A stretch of 64,000 nucleotides of DNA from Veleropilina oligotropha (taxonomy: Eukaryota): the NCBI GenBank assembly GCA_048128005.1, contig JBEUKZ010000117.1, forward strand, positions 186,001-250,000, written 5' to 3'. The notes beneath the pieces are model-generated. The model did not search any database. It was not told where the DNA came from and was given only the letters and a program-made list of their open reading frames with translations. Positions 13,340 to 25,379 of this stretch are shown here, piece after piece (positions within the stretch are counted from its first letter, which is position 1; each line of letters begins with the position of its first letter). The translations under genes were made by a program, and so were the position numbers.

Positions 13340-14740
13340 AGCGCAAATGTCGAATTCAACTAAACGGCTCTAATTAATAAAAATTATATATATTATAGAC
13401 AACACAAATATATAATGAATTAGGTTATCTTTATTTGGTAATAATTATTTTTATTGCTGTATAATATATTGTCCTTGTCGATTCCGTTATGTGCGCACAT
13501 CGAAAACGTTTTACGACGCCGTTCAACAATACGGCAGCCGCACAGTAAACGAACACCCATCTACCTCAAAATTGGTCAAATGAACCTCAGCCATATATAA
13601 TATATACATTATTAATTTATGAATTAAATCAGTAATTTGAGCCCGATTGCAATTGCGTACATCGTTTTTAATTCTTCGAAAGTCGGGAACGCAAATGTTG
13701 AATTCGCGAAACGGCTCCCGACTATTAGACTGCAGTTTAACAAAAGAACATATGTATACGTTAAACAGATAAAACTTATTTCGTCATGCGTATAATATTT
13801 ATCAATAATGATGTCGTTTTGTGCCTGGTGAACACGTCATTGATCATACTTTGTGCTCGTCGGCGTACGCCATATAAGGCTCGGTTTCGAGATCAAAGGT
13901 TCACTTGCTGCTTCCTCATACTTTGTGCTCGTCGGCATACGCCATATAAGGCTCGGTTTCGAGATCAGAGGTTCACTTTTGGCACATCTCCAACGGTCGA
14001 ACTCCAGTCAAAACAATCGCATAACATTAAGCAACTTGCTTGAACTAAACTTTGTTGATAGTTAAGTAGATATATTGATACTTCTCAGAGAAATAAAGTA
14101 ATGAACTATGAAATATGGTTTGAAGTTTACAACGATTATCCTTTCCTCGTGTTGGAATAATAATTATTACAAAATAAAGATAACATAATTCATTATATAT
14201 ATTTGTGTTGTCTATCATATTTTCATGCTACCAGTTGGATTTAGTTCGTTTAAACCGTTTCGCGAATTCAACATTTGCGATCCCGACTTCCGACGGACTC
14301 AAAAGCAATGTTCGCAATTGCAATTTGGCTCAAAATATTAATTTAATTCATAATAATGTATACTATAATGTACTGTAGATGATCGATGATCGAGGTTCGT
14401 TGGACCATTTTTGAGGTAGATTGCCGTTCGTTTACTGTGCCGTATTGTTGAACGGCGCCGTGAAACGCTTTCGGAGCGGCATCGTCAAACGATTGCGATT
14501 TGCGCACACAACGGAACCGACAAGGACACTATTTAGCGCAATAAAAATAATTATTACAAAATAAAGATAACATAATTCATTATATATTTGTATTGTTTAT
14601 CATATTTGCATGCTACCAGTTGGATTTAGTTCGTGTAATTAGAACCGTTTCGCGAATTCAATATTTGTGATCCCGACTTCCGCGAACTAAAAAACGATGT
14701 ACGCAATTGCAATTGGGCCTAATATAATTAAATAAATCAT
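13340..14740. repeat. Diverged inverted and tandem repeat array (units of about 370-390 bp) with a central 71-bp tandem duplication
   Basis: About 13410-13715 is the reverse complement of about 14255-14585. 14157-14350 is repeated at 14546-14740. CATACTTTGTGCTCGTCGGC...GGTTCACTT occurs at 13846 and 13917. Confidence 0.7.
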
Positions 14741-14921
14741 AATGTGCACATTATGGATGTATATTATAGTTGACAGGGGGTCGATTGGGGTTCGATTGGG
14801 GTCGATTGGGGTAAATCGACGTGCCGTACAATAATCCAATTATTCTCAACAGCTGGCTGCTTCTCTGTTGCATTGTAACACATATATTTACTAATCAGAC
14901 TGTGTGACTCGTCATGATTAG

Positions 14922-15110
14922 GAGACAATGTAGCCGATTGGATATGATACTGGTCTACAAAGTGGAAGGTCGTGGGTTCGAGCCCATTGAGTGCTGGGTA
15001 ATTATCCCATGACAGCTGTCTACATTGCACACGACATCAATTTCATTGCTCAAAGTTGACCAGATGATTTAGACTGAAATGATAAACATCAATTCATTCA
15101 TCATCAGGAT
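14922..15110 (+). mobile_element. Degenerate tRNA-derived SINE
   Basis: A-box-like TAGCCGATTGG and B-box GGTTCGAGCCC at tRNA spacing, no full cloverleaf, short (TCA/TCAT)n tail. Confidence 0.5.
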
Positions 15111-15679
15111 TATCATCTGTGATCTGAATTGTTTTGGAAGTAGACTCCTAGCAACGCCTTCACACGGAATGAACGAATTTTATATTACACATATTTATTA
15201 ATTTAGAACTTAGAACTGAAGCAAACATTGTTAGTCTTGGTCTAGAGACCAATTTATAAATTAATATATAAATAATATTTATATATACAACAAAAGTAAA
15301 TTATACACATACATGCATACAATAATATATCGCTTTAGTTTAATTTAAGATAACTGTTTCACAGTTCATGGTAAAATGAGGATTAAGAGTAATCCCTTGT
15401 ATCTATAATAATATACTTACGTCCTTACTAATGCCATAATAAGCCTATTATCGCTAAATCCGGACAAGGTGGAAATGGTAATTTCGCACTTTTTAGTAAA
15501 TTGAACCCAGCTGACCCAGTGACCTGCTCGACCTCCTCCAGTTCATGTCTATTAAGAGCTCGCCAACTCCCGCGAGATCCTCGTGACCCAAGGGTCAAGA
15601 CCTCATCCGAAGTTTCTGCAAACCCCAAGACAAAGAACTTATATAAGAGGGGAGGTGCGAAGCAGGGTGGGCCAAGTGG

Positions 15680-15768
15680 GTAAGGACGTAAGTATATTAT
15701 TATAGATACAAGGGATTACTCTTAATCCTCATATCTATATCAAATATACTTACGTCCTTACTAATGCC
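15680..15768. repeat. DIRS internal complementary region (ICR)
   Basis: GTAAGGACGTAAG...TAATCCTCAT is the reverse complement of 15376-15428, joined directly to ATCTATATCAAATATACTTACGTCCTTACTAATGCC, the reverse complement of 22657-22692. Confidence 0.9.
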
Positions 15769-16558
15769 AAGAATAACTTTGGTTGGCGGAGTTATAAGTT
15801 CCATACACCAAAATTAAAACTTACTTGTTACCAGAAGACGACGCTTTAGCGTTGAGATCGAGTCCGTTCAGAGTGGATTTTACTGAGCATCAAATCTACC
15901 CTTACCCCGAGGTGAGATTTCGACCAAGAAATCTGGGAAAACACGCCAGGGATGTTAGTCGGACAGGTAACACGAAAGTGCATGTAGCTCCGGACACCGG
16001 CGGAAGGTATACCTTGAGGCACTCGTGTCATGAGCAAAGACAGTGGACTGAATATTCCGGACTCAAAGGTCGGCAGACAGAAAACTGCAAGACGTGGTTT
16101 TTAGAAGCACCCGAACCTAGGCAGGTAGATAGTGTTATAAAACCGTGACAATTATCAATAGATTGAAGAAAATTTCAATAACTTCATCTTGAATAATAAA
16201 TTTTTTGCATGTCCAACTTGCAAAATGTCAACATGATACATGTTACTTAAATAATTTTAAGTAGAGAATAATATTAAAATTTTCCAATGTACGCACATTG
16301 AAATGTTCTGCGACAGCAAGGAGAACATTTTTTAAAAATAATATTATTTACAAAAAACATTTTTAAGATTTAATAATATAAATGTTTACATCCAATGTGG
16401 GCATTACTTCATATTAACTCAGTATGAATAGATAATTTCAATTTATTAATCAGTTTAAGAAAGAAATAACATTGGAGTAAATTCTAATGGTGATTTCAAT
16501 GTACACAAATAGAATTACATTATATTACCTCAGTGCCTGGTAAAATTCCTTAAACCAA

Positions 16559-18013
16559 TCACTGTAGGGATGACCCAGATCCCCTGATACATTGTTGTCC
16601 TGCCGCCACAAAGGAAATCCGATGTTCACCTCCAGCCGTGGTCGCGTAATCACGCAGGTAAAAGCGAACAAAGGTATTAGCATTCTTCCAGTAACCAGCC
16701 TTTAAGATTGCATTGATATTCAAATTATATTTGAAGGCCAGAGAAGTCGCTAAAGCACGGGTCTCGTGCGCGTGAATTGAAACGAGATCTCGTTCTGGCT
16801 CATTGGACCGAGAGTAAATCTCTTTTACAACAGAGACTATCCAACGTGAAACAGTCGATTTGCGAATGTCGCGGTGGAATTGAGGCATATGGCTAACGAA
16901 TAAACGCTTTTTACCGTGCCGTAGGTCTCGGGTCCTATCCAGGTAGAATCTCAGCGCGCGAACCGGGCAGTTCAGGCGGTCGATATCATTTCTATCCAGC
17001 ATGGAGAGGTTATGGATACAAACCTCGGGACTGATATCTTCAGGTCTTTGTGTCTTCGCTAGGAAGCCAAGGACTGTATGCAGCGTCACCGACCCATTGG
17101 TGTGGAAGTGTATATCTCGAAGCTCTCCGGATAAAGCGTGTATCTCCGAGGCCCTGTTACCGGTGGCGAGAGCGGTAAGAAATACGGTCTTATAAGTGAG
17201 ATTTTTGAGGGAACAATCACTCATAGGCTCGTACGGGCCTCTAAGTAAAGCATTGAGAATTAACAAAACATTCCAAGCAGGCGGTCGCACCCGCTGAATG
17301 GGCCGTTCGAGTTGATAGGAGCGTATGAAGTCCGATATGGTTTTGTCGGTAGACAAGCGGGTGTGCTCGCGGCATTGCCGTAACGTTGTTGCTACGCATG
17401 AACGGTAGACTTTGACTGCGGAAATTGACATTCCCCGTTCGAGCAACGACGATAAGAACTCGATAAATTTTGTCACAGGGGGGCGGAATATATTGACTTG
17501 CCGCCCGCGACACCAATCCACAAATTTCTTCCATCGGTAGTCATATACCCTTGTTGTAGATTGTCTTCTAGATCGGTAAATGCGCTGGGCTGTCGCTCTA
17601 GAAAAGACTTTCTTGATGAGCGATCTCTCAATAGTCGCCAGGCGTGAAAGTGAAACTCGCTCGCCGATGGGTGTAGGACCCGACTGCGTGGTTGCGATGA
17701 CAGGTCTGTCATCTGCGGTAGCGCTCGTGGCTGATCGATGAGTAGATCCAGAAGTGTCGGAAACCAGGACTGCGTGCGTTGTAGAGGTGCTATTAGCGTC
17801 AACTCGCAGTCTTCGCGGGTCGCTTTCCGTAGTACTTGTGCCAACATGCATGACAGTGGGAAGGCGTAGGCGATCAGATTCTCCCATCTCATTGACAGAG
17901 CGTCGACCGCAATAGCGGCCGGGTCCGGGTAAGGAGACACATAGAGAGGGAATCGGTGATTGTATCGGTTGCGAATAGATCGACTTGAGGCTGCGACCAC
18001 AAGCGGCTGACAT
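16559..18013 (-). CDS. DIRS tyrosine recombinase (start uncertain)
   Basis: GNRASEIHAL (Arg), FLAKT, CPVRAL, HETRA (HxxR), GYWK and FVRFYLR (Tyr) motifs in an open 484-aa frame. Confidence 0.92.
   Translation of the reverse strand: MSAACGRSLKSIYSQPIQSPIPSLCVSLPGPGRYCGRRSVNEMGESDRLRLPTVMHVGTSTTESDPRRLRVDANSTSTTHAVLVSDTSGSTHRSATSATADDRPVIATTQSGPTPIGERVSLSRLATIERSLIKKVFSRATAQRIYRSRRQSTTRVYDYRWKKFVDWCRGRQVNIFRPPVTKFIEFLSSLLERGMSISAVKVYRSCVATTLRQCREHTRLSTDKTISDFIRSYQLERPIQRVRPPAWNVLLILNALLRGPYEPMSDCSLKNLTYKTVFLTALATGNRASEIHALSGELRDIHFHTNGSVTLHTVLGFLAKTQRPEDISPEVCIHNLSMLDRNDIDRLNCPVRALRFYLDRTRDLRHGKKRLFVSHMPQFHRDIRKSTVSRWIVSVVKEIYSRSNEPERDLVSIHAHETRALATSLAFKYNLNINAILKAGYWKNANTFVRFYLRDYATTAGGEHRISFVAAGQQCIRGSGSSLQ
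17473..17975 (-). pseudogene. DIRS DNA N6-adenine methyltransferase-like domain, frameshifted from the RT-RNase H ORF
   Basis: VDLFAT in the RT frame continues in another frame as YVSPYPDPAAIAVDAL..W..LIAYAFPL...LIAP...SWFPTLL, the usual DIRS MT motif series (normally YAFPP). Confidence 0.75.
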
Positions 18014-19450
18014 TCAGCTTCCCCGGGATGTGTCGGGCTCGAATTGACGAGTTGAGTGACATCACTAGGCGGTGTAGGTCGATCGCTCGGTCGCAAAGCG
18101 GACGGGAGCGAGTGCCGCCCTGGTGCTGGATGTAAGCGACGACAGTCGTGTTGTCCGTTGCTAGCATTATGTGCTTGTCGCGGAGATGTGACGAGAGGGA
18201 CTGTACTGACAGGTAGACGGCTTCTAACTCTAGGAAGTTGATGTGTCGTCCCTGAAGGTCCGTAGGCCAGAGGCCCGATGTCTCGTGACTGTCGAGGTGA
18301 CCTCCCCAGCCCTCGTTTGACGCGTCCGTGAAGAGGTAGGCGTTCGGTTCTGGGGGGGATATTGGAACCGACTGGCTCGGCAGGGTAGTGTTCAACCACA
18401 CTGCTGTCGTGCGATTGAACCAATGCCGAAGATCGATTCGATCCGTCCACTGTCCCGTACGTTGTATCCAGCGGTCCTTGAAGGCCTGCTGCAACGGTCG
18501 TTTGTCCATGCGACCCGTCGGTAACAGGGGAGCTACCGACTCGATGTGCCCTAGGACAGTGGCCAGTCGTCGCGCTGTAGTTATCCGTGAAGACTTTGTT
18601 TCCAGTATAACTGCTCGTAGGTTCTCTATACGTTTCTGAGTCGGTTTTGCGGTGTACCGGACCGTGTCGAATTCGACCCCTAGAAATATAAACGTCGTCG
18701 AGGGCATGAAGCAGGATTTGTCGTTGTTGATCTGTAATCCTAGGCGCTTCACCGATGACAGGGTAACGCTCATAGACTGGAGGCACTGATCCCGGGACGC
18801 CCCGAGAATCAACCAGTCGTCGAGGTACATGTGTACTCTGTGCCCTTGCGAGTGTAGGAAGGCCCTGAGGGCCTGTACTACCCGCGTGAAGACGTACGGG
18901 GCTGACGATAGACCGAACGGTAGACACCTGAATTGGTAGACCGTTCCCCCGTGAACAAACCGTAGGTACCGGTGAGCCGAGACGTGCATCGGAACGTGTA
19001 GGTACGCATCGGTTAAGTCGATAGACGCTGCCCAGTCGCCCGGACGGATGGCCGTTCGTATCTTCGAGAGTGTTTCTTGCTTGAACTTCTCGGTACGAAG
19101 ATACTGGTTGAGGAACGACAGATCGAGGATCGGTCGCCAACGGCCATCGGGTTTCGGGACCAGGAAAAAGTGGCTGAAATATCCTGGTGTGCTGGGCGGC
19201 GCGGGATAGATCGCTCTCTTTGAGAGTAAATCCCGCACTGCCTGGTCTAGGACGGCTTGTTTTTCTCCTATCAGGAGACGAGCGCGTCCTGGTGGTGGTG
19301 TCGCGTCTAGGGTTGGATGCCGGTCGAATGCAAACTTGTATCCGGCACTCACGACTGAGTGAACCCAGTTGTCCTCTGTCATTTCTAGCCAGGACAGGCT
19401 GTACTCTAACAGACACGCTCCCACCGGCGGAAGCGTGCAACTGAGCTCGT
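17889..19450 (-). CDS. DIRS reverse transcriptase / RNase H
   Basis: PVGACL, FFLVPKPDGRWRPILDL, IDLTDAYLHVP, LPFGLSSAP, YLDDWL; RNase H LFTDAS, HINFLELEAV, TDN, HIPGKLN. Confidence 0.93.
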
Positions 19451-19467
19451 CGCGAGCGCCGGCAATC

Positions 19468-21694
19468 CTAGGGCCGCGGCTTCCCTCTCCCGCTCTGACG
19501 GGATTTCGTCGGAGGTGCTGGCTTCGCGACAGGTTTCTTGGCCTGAGAAGGCCGACCCGGCGAAGGTTTAGCACGCTTGGAAGGCGTATGAGACCGGGAC
19601 GGTCTCGAGCGCTTCCTAGAGGTAGCAGCCGGCGTATTCCGAGGAGTAGCCAAGACTGCCTTCTCGATCGCGCGATCCTTGAGGTCAGCCGCTCGCTTCT
19701 CGACAAATTCGGGGAATTTGTCTCCGAAGAGAGTAGAGGCCGACAACGGTACACAACGTAGAGACTGCCGGGTGGCATCGTCTAACGTGGTGCCGTCTAG
19801 GCAAGCGTCTCTACGAAGTAGGACAGCGTTGCCTAAGGATCGGGCTGACTCCGACGCGGAGTTCTCCGTGGAGGCGGCAACCTCTTCGAGAAAGGACAGT
19901 GCGATCTCACGAGCGCGGGGTCCGTTCTCTTGTAGTACGGTAATGGCTCCGTCTAGGAAAAAATCCTGGATAGAGGCATGCCGTAGAGCTCGACGGGCGG
20001 AGCTCTCAAAGCCCTCCATGGCGACCCATGGAACTTTGACCACTGAGGGAGCTGTGCTGGCCGACAGTCGACGCATCGCTGCATCGATCTGAATCGGCTT
20101 CGCCTCCAGACACGCCCCAGAGCATCCGATCGAAATCGGACGCCTACTGGGTCGGAGGTCCTTTACGTAGACCACTAGGGTACTCCGTTAACGAGGAAGT
20201 CTCCACCGATTTGGATCCCTGAATGGATTTGGTCGCCGAGTCGAGGACGAGCGAGACCAACCCAGACTGGGGTAGGGTAGGAAGCAGGGGGGCTTCCGGC
20301 CCATCAAACCGACGTGCCGCTGTCCTGTGCCTGACGAAGCCTACCGGCAGAGCCGGGTCTGGCAAGTCTAGCACCCCGCGAAGCGACGCGACAGCGTCGT
20401 ATCTTCTGCGGGTGGCGGAGATGGTCTCATGCGTGCCAGACTGACTACAAGAGTCGTCTGGTCCGACCGATTCAGGGAGGTCAGAGTGAGTAGAAGCACT
20501 GTCCTCGTCGGAACGAGGATCGACTTCCATCACCGAAGCATGAGCCGAGCCCAGCGTTACGGTCAGAGATGTTGGGACCTGGGGCGGCTGGGTAGCCGGT
20601 TGCCAGGACCTACAACGTGCCTCGACTTCCATCGCAATCATAGCCTGGACGTTCTCCATAGAGAAACCTGGAGGCATGACGAACGTCGGACCAACAGCCA
20701 TTGGTCCGCTCGAGGTTACCGTAGCGCATGGTTGACGGGCTGCACGGACAGGTGGAGCCGAGTACCAGGGACTCGGGTTACCTGTCGGGAAACCGCAGCC
20801 AGGGAAACGGCCCGGAGGCGCGTTAAACGGTGTGAATGACCCGTAAGACTGCGACCACAGTCCATAGGGGTCTGTAACCCTGCTCGGGTGAGGCACGGGG
20901 GTATACCCGCCGTACGCCTCAGCCCCGAACGCAGCCGGTCCTACCACACCACCCGGGACGTCTTGATAAGAATCGTCAGAGGAGGTTGGCCTTCCATCAC
21001 TCTCGTGGGCTCCGACGGTGGCAGGATTAGCCTTTAAGCTAGCGCCATTGTCGGACGAGAGGACGGGTTGCGTCGAGCGTCTGGAACTTCGACCACTTTC
21101 GTGGTGCCCAGCAACTGTATCGACTTTCTCTGCTAGTCTCCTTCGCCTCTTTTCAGAGGTTACTTGACTCACAGAAGGACTAACGCTGCCTTGCTCCTCC
21201 GAGGCCGGAGGAGAGGAAAGGTTTTGTCTGCCCTGTACAGCTTTTCGCCGCGGCGCTCGATGTATCTCACTGGCCGGCAAGATACTTTGAGCAGTGGTTA
21301 CTAGGCCCAAAGGAGAGGTATCGGTCGGCACTCGGGCCCTTACCTGAATCTGAGATCCCGACGATTCCGGGACTTTCCCCAAAGTCTCAGAGGTGTCGTC
21401 GAGCCCACCACGGCTACCGTCAAGAGGGTCTGAAAGAGAAAGTGAATGGTTAAAACCTGTCTCTAGCCTCTGGAGCTTCTCGGTGGATGCCCCCTCGGAA
21501 GAAGATACCCTGGTTGTCTTCTCCGAAGGGAAAAGAGTCTCCCACTGCCGATCCGTCAGTGTTACGCAATGCCCACATGGATGGTCCTTATCGCTAGAAC
21601 ATACACGGTGAAAAGTGCATTCGGAGTGCTTGTCAAAACCACGGATTTTCTGTCTGCACTCGGAAACACTGCAATGCTTCATAGCTACGCACAC
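19468..21694 (-). CDS. DIRS gag-like ORF1, split by a frameshift near 20170
   Basis: ORF 20144-21694 has an N-terminal Cys/His finger and low-complexity body. ORF 19468-20175 carries the DIRS gag-type LLRRDA..L...LFG motif and overlaps the RT ORF. Confidence 0.75.
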
Positions 21695-22712
21695 GGGTAG
21701 GTAGGAGATAGGGTTTTTGAAGTGATAAGGATATTTCCCGGGTAGTTTACCAAATTACTACTACAACCTCGATTGTACCTGATCCGAGAGTTGGAAAAGG
21801 CTGAAATACGCTTAGAACTTACGGCGGATTATACGCCCAAAAACACCGACTTTATATTTTTACTTTTTAAAAACCAGTTGGTCAACGAATTGAGAAACGG
21901 GAGGTCTTTCTTTTCAAGAAACCGCCCTTTTACACCTAAAAACCTCTTGGATGTATATATATCAATTTGTTAGAATTCGGCGTGCTATCCACGATTTAGC
22001 AGATTTACCAAAATAACGCAAGTTAAATTCTAAACAATCTGCTGTTCAACGACGATAAATTTGATTACATAAATTTATAGCAAGAAAAAAGTCGTTGAGG
22101 AATTATCGTATATATAAATGAAATGCAATGCAAATTCAAGCAATATCAATAAAACAACTCTCTCCTGACTCCTCAGTAATTGCTAAAGAGCTTCCTTCTT
22201 TAAATATCCCTCTGAGCGTCCTCTTTTCTTTCTGATCAGAAGTCCAAGATGGCGTCGTCAATGGAGGGTGTCGATTTCGTTTTCTGTCTTTTGTTGACAG
22301 GAAAAACTTCTAAGAAGGCTTTAATTCAGGAGGAGACTCAGTCTTTCCACTAAACGTGTTTACAACACTATATATGATCTTATGAGCTTTAAGATTTTTA
22401 AAATCGGGCTCGAAAAAGATCGAAAATCACAAAGATTGTGGAGCAAAGTAAAACGCGACTTGTTCAATCGAGCGGAAAACTTCGGATGAGGTCTTGACCC
22501 TTGGGTCACGAGGATCTCGCGGGAGTTGGCGAGCTCTTAATAGACATGAACTGGAGGAGGTCGAGCAGGTCACTGGGTCAGCTGGGTTCAATTTACTAAA
22601 AAGTGCGAAATTACCATTTCCACCTTGTCCGGATTTAGCGATAATAGGCTTATTATGGCATTAGTAAGGACGTAAGTATATTTGATATAGATAGGTCATT
22701 TATCAAGAATTA

Positions 22713-23200
22713 TTACTGTCCATCCAAATTCGCATCGTCCTTTCTTCGGATAAGCGGTGGCTGCAAGTTCGTTAGTTGCACACACACTTTCCATATGTTT
22801 GATGCTTGGGGTGCCATGGTTAGAGGCATCACTATTTGTAATATGCGGAAATTCTTGATCCGTTCCATCTGACGCTCGACATGAATTCGCAAATTGGCAA
22901 TACTTCTCGTCTCGGAAACTTCACGCTTTGACAACTGCTTCCTTTTCCGTTTAAAAGGGGGAATAATCAATTGAACACCTTTGGGGGTAGTGAAGTCGGA
23001 GATTACAAATCCTTTGTCCGCCATGATAGCATCCCCCTCTTCACAAAGATCCACTAGTCCACTCAATTTTGTTATTTGTTTATCACTTACGCTCCCATTG
23101 TAGAGGTCCGACACAAATGTCACAGCTCCGGCTGGGCTGATACCAACTAAGGATTTGTATGTCATGTGTGATTTGTAGTCACTGTACAACATGGACCGAA
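22713..23200 (-). pseudogene. C-terminal half of an ISL2EU/Harbinger-type DDE transposase
   Basis: YSDYKSHMTYK, GSVSDK, IMADKGF, IPPF, RIHVER motifs; first catalytic Asp region missing. Confidence 0.85.
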
Positions 23201-23392
23201 ATGGTCTGAACAAATTCTGGTGCTGTCATAACTTTTAAACTTGAATTTAACTCGCACGAGCGAGCACCGCTGAATCCAAACGCGTCTCAAACGCATATCA
23301 GATGGAAATCTATGTAGTTTGATTTTTCTTTCTCCGTCCCATTTGCGTGAATGGTTGCTACAAATACAGCAATATCTCAGGTTTGTCGGCAT
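23200..23392 (-). pseudogene. THAP DNA-binding domain of the same transposase, fused out of frame by deletion
   Basis: MPTNLRYCCICSN..LHRFP..W..RICSDHF is the THAP signature. Confidence 0.85.
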
Positions 23393-25379
23393 TTTGCTTG
23401 TTTCGTTAGTCAGTGCGGCTTCGAATGACACTTCCCGGAAATGCAGCCTAGCGCTGTGCACACGCGCAGTAGGTCGTAATCAGTAATTGGCAGGGGGAGA
23501 CAAATCACGTTATGGGAAAGGCCTATAGCGTACATAACTTTACGCACCAAGAACAAGATTCACATCATACAAATTTGAGTCTTAGAATAGAAAGAAAATA
23601 CATCCCCGCTTAATGAACTCAAGAACGAAAATGCATAATTTGCACTCCATAATTATAATACGTTTAACCGTTATATTAAGTTTATCGCATCGTGAGTAAA
23701 ATATAGTTATGTTACCATTAACCAGTAGTTAAAGTTACCTCGCTAAAATAATGTAAAAAATCACAAAGTGTTAATATTGGCATCAGTTAAGAATTTAGTT
23801 TATAGCAGTGTCATTACATAATAATCTACGAATAATAAGTTGAAGCTAAACATGATATTTCGACCAAGGCGGATACAATACAATCTTCGCCGCGCGTACA
23901 ATTGTCTTCGGTCTTGACCGCATACGTAAGGAAAGTTCGCAATTCGTCACCGCAAGGTCGACTGTATGATCCAAAGTCGCATAAGTTACAAACATAATTC
24001 TCAATAACCTATTACTAAAATGGAGCATAGAATATAAATAATTATAATTAGCAGACGTAAATACCATTATTAAGATCATTACCAGATAGGAAGGGAACAT
24101 CATTACGGAAAACTATAGACCGTTAGTGATAATTAAGGGTCGCTTTTATGAATTATAGTTGTCAACAAGGAAAGGAAGAAGCTCTCTACATAATAAAATT
24201 GACGGGGTTAAGAAAAAATGGACAACACAAGACGTTACATCACTTACACTCACGAAAACTTACATCACAGGCATTTCAACACGAATAGAGAACGACACAA
24301 GACAGAGCGTCGAGCAATTACTGCGTTCCTTTAAATAGCTACAAGTGGCGAGCCAATTACTTTTATTTGAATAATAGAGTAGACACTGCACGCTTAGACG
24401 GAAATCGCACATGGAAATGAACATCACTAAACAGTATCCCGAAATGTCAATTTCTACATTATGCCACTTGCAATCAACCTATGGAAGGCCCACAATGTCC
24501 TACAATTATACGTGTCGCACAAAATCGCGACAAGTCCAGTGTGTTATGTACTTTCGTTTTTATATTTTGAAGATTTGCAAACACTATACATTTTTGGAAA
24601 CATTATATCCAACAGAATGTAGAAACCAATGTTTGCATTTGAACCGATGCCGTTATGGCGGCCGTTTTGAAATTCAAGATGGCCGCCAGTTGGAATAATT
24701 TATATAGCATGCTACAGCCACAATATCAACAAATAATTTAGTCTTTGAGTTTAAATATATATTATCATGATGAAAACAATACATAGCATCATCTGTCAGA
24801 ATAATGTACATATTACAGGACAGGTGACAGTCTTTTTAGCGTGTGATATAATATGGATTTCTAGTATTCACTGTATTATGAAGATAATTTTGCAGATACA
24901 TCTTAAAGATTTTGTATTACATCACACAACATTAAGTACAAAACTTACCGAGCCAAAAAATGGTCAATGTTCAAGCCAATATGCAAATTAGAAATGGATA
25001 TTATGTCGTAAAACAATACATTTAAGCATCGACAAGTATTAAAGGGAGATAACTCAAGATTGTTTATATTTTCATTAAGCATTAATTATAATGAGTTAGC
25101 TCATGAATGGTCAATCCAATGGACAGTAATCACACAAATCAAACCAGCTACGATTTCTTGCAGTTGGAGAAAAGCATTCCAATATATGTTATCTCGTTTC
25201 AAATGTTCCTCTACGAAATAGTTGCTTAATTACTTGATTTCAGACCAGACATGAAAAAGACCGTTGTTCGCAGACAATATAAACTTCATGCTGTCGTCAC
25301 TGATCTTCGGGGTAATTGAGCGTCAATTGAGAGCTCCAGTACCAGTATAGAGGATACCTAGCTGAATGGAAGCAAGTTC

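Larger units (their letters stand above)
15376..22692 (-). mobile_element. DIRS1-type tyrosine-recombinase retrotransposon with ITRs and internal complementary region
   Basis: ITRs at about 15411-15615 and 22477-22681. The ICR at about 15680-15768 is complementary to both outer ends. gag, RT/RNase H, methyltransferase-like and YR ORFs on the minus strand; no TSD. Confidence 0.95.
13223..23523 (-). mobile_element. ISL2EU/PIF-Harbinger-type DNA transposon, internally deleted, carrying a DIRS insertion
   Basis: 17-bp TIR GGCCTTTCCCATAACGT at both ends, flanked by TA (TATA context). Shared subterminal motif CATTTCCGGGAAGTG. THAP and DDE_Tnp_4-like ORFs near the right end. Confidence 0.85.
12168..24532 (-). 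mobile_element. Probable solo LTR (about 2.06 kb after removing nested elements)
   Basis: Absent from copy B. Flanked by AGTC (or AGTCC) duplication; ends CGTGGCGA...TCGCGACA approximate TG..CA inverted termini. No ORF. Minus-strand TATA-like CTATTTAAA at about 24330-24339. Confidence 0.6.

Noticed and set aside
14922..15000. Functional tRNA gene (also the head at 54640-54735)
   Set aside because: A/B boxes are present but there is no complete cloverleaf, and both continue into SINE bodies and tails.
15115..15205. C-terminal remnant of a YqaJ exonuclease gene (ELFWK / MNEFYITHI)
   Set aside because: The resemblance is too short and needs a frame change; not supportable without a search.
17976..19440. 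655-aa ORF 17473-19440 as an independent gene
   Set aside because: Only its C-terminal part has recognisable (MT) motifs; the rest overlaps RT in a GC-rich region. DIRS elements often have long overlapping frames, so it may be the displaced 5' extension of the YR ORF.
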